64,000 bases of DNA from a virus: IMG/VR virus record IMGVR_UViG_3300040815_002027; one strand, 5' to 3'. A model generated the notes under the pieces. That model searched no databases and was not told where the DNA came from. It saw nothing but the letters and a program-made list of their open reading frames with translations. The number at the start of each line of letters is the position of its first letter. The stretch's first letter is position 1. The translations under genes were made by a program, and so were the position numbers. This document shows, in pieces, positions 57,906 through 64,000 of the stretch.

Positions 57906-60231
57906 ACAAAGAAGAGTACATAAAGATTATTTTACTGTAAAGAATAAGGAAGATGTTATTAGATGTATATCTTTATTAAAAGAGGCCAATGCAGTAGCAG
58001 TGGATACAGAAACCACTGGCTTGAATGTTAGAAAAGATAGAATAATTGGAGCATCTTTTTGTACTAAAGCGGGTATATCTTTTTATATCCCTACTTTAAT
58101 ATACAATTTAGAAACTGATTCTTTCGATGATTTTTATATAGGGAGAGTAAAAGGTTCTGACTTTTTAAAAAAAGTTTTCTTATGTCTGGTAGAGAATAAT
58201 AAAAAGATAATCACACATAACGGTTCTTTTGATACTTCTATAATATTTTACCAATATGGAGTAGACTTACTTCCTTATCTTTATTGTGAGACTACTTTAG
58301 CTGCGCATACTATTATGGAGGAAGGTGCGATAGGTTTTGGTAAACCTTTTGCTTTGAAGTCTTTGGCACAAATGCTTAAGAAGGATTTGCAATTAGATGA
58401 GGATGATGAAGCTAATCAAGAACAGATAGACTTAAAAGAAAGTATAGTAAAGAATGGAGGTAAAGTGTCTTCTACTGACTTTGAATTATACAAGGCTGAT
58501 TTTGATTTACTTTCAAAATATGCTTGTGCTGATACCGACTTAACTCTTAGATTAGCCGCCTACTTTGTGTTTAGGATAGACAAGGAGGGTATGAGGGATT
58601 TCTTTTTTAATGAAGAAGTTATGCCTGTATATAAGGAAGTAACTGTCCCTATGGAAAGAAGAGGGGTTTTACTGGATATAGACTTCATAAAAAGTACGGG
58701 AGATGAAATATCTTTACACATAGAGTCTTATAGAGAGCAGGTAGTTAATGATTTACTAAAGTTCAATAAAGTAAAACATTGGGTAATACAACAAGCTAAA
58801 ACTAAGTTCCCTTATAAAAATAAAGGATCTTTTGCTAAAAAACTAGTAGAGTATAAGAACATACCTTTAGATAAGAATAAATCAGGTAACTACTCTTTTT
58901 CTAAAAAGAACATAGAAGCCTTAGAAGATTCTCCTTATAAAAACTTTCTATTAGATGTTAATGATGTGGACTCTTCTATAGATTCTGATTTAACTAATAT
59001 AAGTTTACAGTTGTGGAAAGAGTTTAATAAAGGAGAGTATATAAACATAAGTTCTAAAAAACATTTATCTGATATATTTTTTGACTGCTTAGAATACGAG
59101 GCTATATCAGTCACTGATAAAGGAGCTAAACAAGTTAATGATGCTGTTATAGAAAAGATTGCAGAAGATGCTGAGTGGGCTAATAAGTTAAGAATATATA
59201 ATAGGCTTCTAAAGATAAAGTCTACTTATGTTGATAGACTCTTAGAGAAGAGTGATGATGGAGTTTTTTATCCGTACTTCAAACAACACGGTACAGTGAC
59301 TGGAAGATACGGAAGTGATTTACAACAGTTGCCTAAGCCTAAAGAAGACGGGGAAGATGATCCAATAGTTATTAAGTATAATAATAGGATTAGAGCATTC
59401 TTTATTTCTAGGCCTGGGTATAAGTTTATAGACTCTGATTACGAGTCATTAGAGCCTCATATCTTTGCTAGTATATCTAATGATATTAATCTACAAGAGA
59501 TATTTAATAAAGGTCATGATTTTTATAGTACGGTAGCTATACGAACAGAAAAGTTAGAGGGAGTGTCTCCTGATAAAAAAGCAGATAACTATCTTAAAAA
59601 AGTAAATCCTTCAAAGAGACAGAAAGCAAAGGCGTATGCTTTAGGTATTGCTTACGGTATGTCTGGGTTTGCTCTGGCCAAGTCTCTAGGCATACCTACT
59701 AAAGAAGGAGAAGAGTTAAGAGAAGCTTACTTAGAAGGATTTCCAGGAGTTGCTGAGTGGATAGAGGACTCAAAGGAGGAGTTTGAAAGAACTGGGGTAA
59801 TAAAGAATAAAGTAGGTAGAGCAAGACATTTAGTTAGAGGTAAGGAGGTTTTTGATAAGTATGGAAGTCAGATTTTAGATTTTGGTTTTAGAAAAGAACT
59901 AGCAAAAAATTTGGGAGAAGAAGCAGTACTAAACTTATATAGAGATTTAAAAAACTCCTATAACGCATCTCTTAATTTTCAGATACAATCTTTAGCAGCT
60001 TCTATAGTTAATAGGGCTGCTTTAAAAATAAATTTAGAGTTAAAACGTTTAGGCATAGATGGGCAAGTAGTAGCTCAGATTCATGACCAATTAATAATAG
60101 AAGTAAGAGAAGATGTAGTAGAGCAAGTTATGCCTACTGTTCAACATATAATGGAAAATACCGTTAAGTTAGAGGGTGTTACCTTAAAGTCTCCTCCAGA
60201 AATATCTTCAAACTTTTTAGAAGGACACTAG
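57898..60231 (+). CDS. polA: Family A DNA polymerase with 3'-5' exonuclease
   Basis: VDTETTGL, HNGSFD, YACAD; TVTGR, DSDYESLE, RQKAKAYALGIAYG, NFQIQ, QIHD. Confidence 0.95.
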   Translation: MSEQRRVHKDYFTVKNKEDVIRCISLLKEANAVAVDTETTGLNVRKDRIIGASFCTKAGISFYIPTLIYNLETDSFDDFYIGRVKGSDFLKKVFLCLVENNKKIITHNGSFDTSIIFYQYGVDLLPYLYCETTLAAHTIMEEGAIGFGKPFALKSLAQMLKKDLQLDEDDEANQEQIDLKESIVKNGGKVSSTDFELYKADFDLLSKYACADTDLTLRLAAYFVFRIDKEGMRDFFFNEEVMPVYKEVTVPMERRGVLLDIDFIKSTGDEISLHIESYREQVVNDLLKFNKVKHWVIQQAKTKFPYKNKGSFAKKLVEYKNIPLDKNKSGNYSFSKKNIEALEDSPYKNFLLDVNDVDSSIDSDLTNISLQLWKEFNKGEYINISSKKHLSDIFFDCLEYEAISVTDKGAKQVNDAVIEKIAEDAEWANKLRIYNRLLKIKSTYVDRLLEKSDDGVFYPYFKQHGTVTGRYGSDLQQLPKPKEDGEDDPIVIKYNNRIRAFFISRPGYKFIDSDYESLEPHIFASISNDINLQEIFNKGHDFYSTVAIRTEKLEGVSPDKKADNYLKKVNPSKRQKAKAYALGIAYGMSGFALAKSLGIPTKEGEELREAYLEGFPGVAEWIEDSKEEFERTGVIKNKVGRARHLVRGKEVFDKYGSQILDFGFRKELAKNLGEEAVLNLYRDLKNSYNASLNFQIQSLAASIVNRAALKINLELKRLGIDGQVVAQIHDQLIIEVREDVVEQVMPTVQHIMENTVKLEGVTLKSPPEISSNFLEGH

Positions 60232-60302
60232 ATGATTTATATTTTTTTTATAATATGTTTAATTATATACATTGTAGATTATGAAATAGACAAATAATTT
60301 AT

Positions 60303-60310
60303 TATATTTG
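60303..60310 (+). promoter_or_regulatory. Bacteroidota-type -7 element TATATTTG(C)
   Basis: In a 100-bp AT-rich spacer, 21 nt before ATG 60332. Confidence 0.55.
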
Positions 60311-60331
60311 CTTAATTAAAATAATTATATT

Positions 60332-60601
60332 ATGAGTAAAATTTTAGGTTTAGACGGAAAACAGTCTAATCAACCTCAACAAGTTCAAATGCAGATCAAC
60401 CCATTAGAACATCCTACCGTAACTTGTTCTTCTTGTGGAGATAAGTGTTTTGATGTTTCTTTCATTATTAAGAAAATAAGTAAGGTAGTCATTGGGGCTA
60501 GCACAGACCAGATGATGCCTATTCAGATATTTAGGTGTGCTAGCTGTGGAGAGATATTGAAGGAGTCTTTACCAGATCCAAAACTTTTAGGAGATGAGTA
60601 A
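60332..60601 (+). CDS. Zn-ribbon protein
   Basis: CSSCG ... CASCG. Confidence 0.65.
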   Translation: MSKILGLDGKQSNQPQQVQMQINPLEHPTVTCSSCGDKCFDVSFIIKKISKVVIGASTDQMMPIQIFRCASCGEILKESLPDPKLLGDE

Positions 60602-60797
60602 GATAGAGGAATCTGTTATTAATAAGATAAGAAGCAGAGCAGAGACAGGAGAAAAGAAGTATGGAGTAACTATGGAAAGAAATGATTTAACTTTACTACA
60701 GTGGATAAATCATCTACAAGAAGAGTTACTAGATGCTTCTGTATATATAGAAAAAGTGTTACAAGAATTAAAAAATAATGAACATAAAAGAACTTAA
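60594..60797 (+). CDS. Small helical phage protein
   Basis: G.KKYG.TM.R.DL...W..HLQEELLDA..Y. Confidence 0.6.
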   Translation: MSKIEESVINKIRSRAETGEKKYGVTMERNDLTLLQWINHLQEELLDASVYIEKVLQELKNNEHKRT

Positions 60798-61752
60798 GGA
60801 AAGTATAGACAAATCATTTCAAGAAGAAACTACTAAAGAAGGTTATGGCAGAATTTCCTTCTCACAATACAGTCTATTTGCTAAGTGTCCTAAGAGTTGG
60901 GAGTTAGCTTACGGAAAAGGATTACGAACTTATTTACCTAGTATACACACCGCCTTCGGTACAGCGTTTCATGAAACGTTACAGAACTTTCTACAACTAT
61001 ATTTAGAAGATAAAAAATCTGAAGCTTTGTCTATAGATTTAAAAGATTATCTTAAAAATAAGATGCTTGAAGTATACACTTCTGAGCTTAATAATGTAGA
61101 CGGAAAGCACTTCTCTACTCCAGAAGAATTAGCTGAATTTTATAAAGATGGTTGTGATATAATAAACTTTCTTAACTATAGAAGGGATTTATACTTTGAT
61201 CCAGAAAGATATAGTATGTTAGGGATCGAGGCTCCTTTATTTCTGCAAGCTATCGAAACTAATGATAAAGTAAATATGTTATCATTTGTAGATATAGTTC
61301 TGTACGATAAGAAGTTAGACAGAGTTAAAATAGTTGACATAAAGACATCTACTAGAGGTTGGGGGAAATGGGCGGTAGAAGATGAGATAAAAGTATCTCA
61401 AGTATACTTATACCGACATTACTTTTCTAAACAATACGGATACCCTATAGATAAGATTGATGTTGAATTTTTTATAGTTATCAGAAAACTGGATAATAGA
61501 GTACAAATATTTACTCCTCCTATTTCTGAAGAAGCTCAACAGAGTGCGTTAGATAACATTCAGAGTTTTATAGACTACTGTTTTAATGATGACGGATCTT
61601 ATAACTTAGATAATGAGTTTATAGCAATTCCTGGGGAGAGGTCTAAAAACTGTAAATTCTGTGAGTTCAAAGATAATTATGACTTGTGTCCTAAAGAGCA
61701 AAGACTGACTCCTGCTAAGTACAGAAAGTATTTAGAGAATAATAAACAATAA
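60778..61752 (+). CDS. PD-(D/E)XK (RecB/Cas4-like) nuclease
   Basis: SFSQ..CP, FGTAFH, VD..IVDIKT, Q...Y, CKFCEF....C. Confidence 0.85.
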   Translation: MNIKELKESIDKSFQEETTKEGYGRISFSQYSLFAKCPKSWELAYGKGLRTYLPSIHTAFGTAFHETLQNFLQLYLEDKKSEALSIDLKDYLKNKMLEVYTSELNNVDGKHFSTPEELAEFYKDGCDIINFLNYRRDLYFDPERYSMLGIEAPLFLQAIETNDKVNMLSFVDIVLYDKKLDRVKIVDIKTSTRGWGKWAVEDEIKVSQVYLYRHYFSKQYGYPIDKIDVEFFIVIRKLDNRVQIFTPPISEEAQQSALDNIQSFIDYCFNDDGSYNLDNEFIAIPGERSKNCKFCEFKDNYDLCPKEQRLTPAKYRKYLENNKQ

Positions 61753-61758
61753 AAAATA

Positions 61759-61766
61759 TATTTATA
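61759..61766 (+). promoter_or_regulatory. Putative late promoter TATTTATA upstream of the GT4 cluster
   Basis: Intergenic. Confidence 0.6.
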
Positions 61767-61789
61767 CATAGAGTTCTAAATATAATATA

Positions 61790-62341
61790 ATGGAGTTACC
61801 TAAGTTAGTAAAACCTAGACCCACTAAAAAGAAGATACTTCTATTATCAGATGACTTAAGACTACATTCTGGTGTAGGTACTATGAGTCGAGAGTTTGTT
61901 TTAGGCACTGCTGAACAATTTGATTGGTTTCAGTTAGGTGCAGCTATAAAACATCCTGACCAAGGTAAGATAATTGATGTATCTGAAGATGTTAATAAAG
62001 AGTTAGGCATCGACCATGCAGACGTTAAAGTAATGCCTTGGTCTGGATATGGAGACCCGCAAATACTAAGATATTTGTTAGAGACTGTAAAACCAGATGC
62101 TATACTTCATTTTACTGATCCAAGATTTTGGCAGTGGTTATATCACATGGAACATGAGATTAGACAGCAATGTCCTATAGTATATTATGCTATATGGGAT
62201 GATACTCCGTTCCCTAATTACAATTGGTTATCTTACGCATCTTGTGACATGATATTGGGGATTAGTAAGCAATCCCACAATATTCATAATAATGTTTTAA
62301 GAAACAATAACCAAAAAGTAATAGACTTAGATGAACAATAG
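61790..62341 (+). CDS. GT4-like glycosyltransferase, N-terminal domain
   Basis: KILLLSDD...SGVG, KPDAILHFTDP, SCDMILGISK. Confidence 0.75.
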   Translation: MELPKLVKPRPTKKKILLLSDDLRLHSGVGTMSREFVLGTAEQFDWFQLGAAIKHPDQGKIIDVSEDVNKELGIDHADVKVMPWSGYGDPQILRYLLETVKPDAILHFTDPRFWQWLYHMEHEIRQQCPIVYYAIWDDTPFPNYNWLSYASCDMILGISKQSHNIHNNVLRNNNQKVIDLDEQ

Positions 62342-63260
62342 AACTATTTACACAGCCTATGTCCCACATGGTATAAACGAAAATGCTTTTAGGCCTATCG
62401 TAGAAGGGGACAAAGATTACGAAGATTTTATTAAGTTTAAGAATGAGTTCCTTTCTAAACATGATTTGAACTTTATTGTATTCTGGAATAATAGGAACAT
62501 AAGAAGAAAGCAGCCTGGAGACGTTATCTTATCTTTCAGGCACTTTACAAACACTCTGAGTGAGGAACAGGCAAAGCATGTCGGTCTGTTTATGCACACT
62601 CAGGTCTCTGATGAGAATGGAACTAATTTAAAAGCAGTTAAAGAAGCAGTCTGCCCTGACTGTAATATTATTTTTTCTGATGCAAAGATTTCCTCTAAAG
62701 AGTTAAACTTTTTTTATAACCTATCAGATGTTACTTTAAATATAGCATCGAATGAAGGGTTCGGTTTAAGTGGGGCTGAGTCTATTATGGCAGGGACTCC
62801 TATCATAAATAATGTTACAGGAGGACTACAAGACCAGTGTAGGTTTGAGGACAGTGAAGGTAACTGGATAAACTTTGATTCTACTATAACTTCTAATCAT
62901 ACAGGACACTATACAAATCACGGGACTTGGGTAAAGCCTGTGTACCCTAGCAACAGATCTTTGCAAGGTTCTGTACCTACTCCTTATATATTTGATGATA
63001 GATGTAAGTTTGAGGATGTGTCAAAAGCTATAGGGTATTGGTATTATATAAAACCTGAAAAAAGAAAACAGCTAGGCCTTGAAGGAAGAAAGTGGGCGGT
63101 AAGTGAAGAATCTGGTATGTCATCTAAAGAGATGTGTAATAGATTTGTAAAACATATTAATTTTTTATTAGAGAACTGGACTCCTACTGAGAACTTTACG
63201 GTTACTAAGGTAGATAAATTTGAGAGTTCTTTTTCAGAAAATATAGGTATAACTTGGTAA
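62331..63260 (+). CDS. GT4-like glycosyltransferase, C-terminal domain
   Basis: YVPHGI, RNIRRK, NEGFGLSGAESIMAGTPII. Confidence 0.85.
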   Translation: MNNRTIYTAYVPHGINENAFRPIVEGDKDYEDFIKFKNEFLSKHDLNFIVFWNNRNIRRKQPGDVILSFRHFTNTLSEEQAKHVGLFMHTQVSDENGTNLKAVKEAVCPDCNIIFSDAKISSKELNFFYNLSDVTLNIASNEGFGLSGAESIMAGTPIINNVTGGLQDQCRFEDSEGNWINFDSTITSNHTGHYTNHGTWVKPVYPSNRSLQGSVPTPYIFDDRCKFEDVSKAIGYWYYIKPEKRKQLGLEGRKWAVSEESGMSSKEMCNRFVKHINFLLENWTPTENFTVTKVDKFESSFSENIGITW

Positions 63261-63262
63261 AT

Positions 63263-64000
63263 ATGAGTAAGAGAGTTTTATTGTACGCACCTGTTAAGAC
63301 AAGGTCTGGTTACGGAGACCACGCTAGAGACATTGCAAGATGTATTATATCCTATTCAGATTATGATTTAGAAATATTTCCTACTAATTGGGGAAATACT
63401 TCTTGGAATGGTTTAGACACTACTACTGAAGTTGGTAGAGCTATTGAGTCTCGTATTACTAAAAGACCTACACCCAATCCTGATATCTTTATACAATTGA
63501 CTATACCTAATGAGTTTTCTAGATTAGGTAAGTATAATATAGGTATGACAGCTGGTATAGAGACTGATCTATGTAAGCCAGAATGGATTGAGGGAGCTAA
63601 TAATATGGATATGCTTATAGGAGTCAGTGAACACTCTGTATCTGTTTTAAAGAACTCGAAATACGATAAACAAGATAAGACTACTAATCAGATAATAGGG
63701 TCAGTAGCCTTAAAAGAAAGTCTTAGAACGGAAGTTCTTTTTGAAGGTATAGACACTGATATATTTAAAAAGACTTCTAAAATAGACCAGGAAGTAAAAG
63801 ATAAGCTATCTTCTATAAAAGAAGATTTTTGTTTTTTATTCGTAGGACATTGGTTAGAAGGGGATTTAGGCCAAGATAGAAAAGATGTCGGGATGCTAGT
63901 AAAAACTTTCTGTGAAGCTTTTAAAAATAAACCTTCTAGAACAAGACCTGCTCTTATATTAAAAACTAGCGGATCTGGATTCTCAGTTAGCGATAGGTAC
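63263..64000 (+). CDS. GT4-like glycosyltransferase, 3'-truncated by the window
   Basis: Not in the ORF track; MSKRVLLYAPVKTRSGYGDHARDI..PNEF..TAGIETD..FLFVGHW..DRKDVG, open to the window end. Confidence 0.75.
   Translation, partial: MSKRVLLYAPVKTRSGYGDHARDIARCIISYSDYDLEIFPTNWGNTSWNGLDTTTEVGRAIESRITKRPTPNPDIFIQLTIPNEFSRLGKYNIGMTAGIETDLCKPEWIEGANNMDMLIGVSEHSVSVLKNSKYDKQDKTTNQIIGSVALKESLRTEVLFEGIDTDIFKKTSKIDQEVKDKLSSIKEDFCFLFVGHWLEGDLGQDRKDVGMLVKTFCEAFKNKPSRTRPALILKTSGSGFSVSDRY

Noticed and set aside
60778-61752. Cas4 as evidence of a CRISPR system
   Set aside because: Stand-alone phage PD-(D/E)XK nuclease with no array or other cas genes
5345-62599. All minus-strand ORFs in the track
   Set aside because: Short, almost wholly antisense to well-supported + strand genes, with no motifs; typical shadows
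1-64000. Stop-codon reassignment or Cys-codon recoding
   Set aside because: Conserved genes are intact in code 11; TAG and TGA end genes at sensible places; catalytic Cys residues in RNR and inteins use normal codons
61790-64000. GT4 genes as T4-like DNA glucosyltransferases
   Set aside because: No hydroxymethylase or other base-modification genes in the window, and a late-type promoter precedes them; not fully excluded because the rest of the genome is unseen
1-64000. tRNA or rRNA genes
   Set aside because: Intergenic spaces are short and AT-rich; no cloverleaf or T-loop consensus seen

Overview
This 64 kb AT-rich window is part of a large tailed phage genome (T4-like myovirus architecture). 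Every credible gene is on the + strand and uses the standard code. Gene order: Cys-speckled fibre with S74 chaperone, mucin-like Thr/Cys protein, glycosyltransferases and 2OG-Fe(II) oxygenase; packaging and head module (terminase, portal, intein-containing prohead protease, scaffold, major capsid); PhoH; a ~13 kb fibre/appendage region; neck, sheath, tube, a frameshifted hub/chaperone pair, tape measure and baseplate; replication genes (two family-A polymerases, SSB, RecA, 5'-3' exonuclease, DnaB, class Id-type RNR with intein, SF2 helicase, PD-(D/E)XK nuclease); GT4 glycosyltransferases. A Bacteroidota host is suggested by TAnnTTTG promoters, A-rich leaders without Shine-Dalgarno sequences, Gln+1 signal peptides and a Flavobacterium-like RNR. 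The best candidate for a new system is phage-encoded virion protein glycosylation. Its parts would be a plant HPAT/SERGT-like transferase, a GT32 and a prolyl-hydroxylase-like enzyme beside a mucin-like substrate, two GT9-like paralogues with Lys replacing the catalytic Asp next to Cys-speckled fibres, late-promoter GT4 genes, and an [S/T]-[G/A]-S motif enriched in virion proteins. Other highlights are DNA-level conserved junction repeats in fibre genes, a candidate three-way-junction RNA, a +1 frameshift, a thumb-less PolA and a TA(T/C)TTATA late promoter. All family assignments come from motif recognition by eye; no database searches were run.
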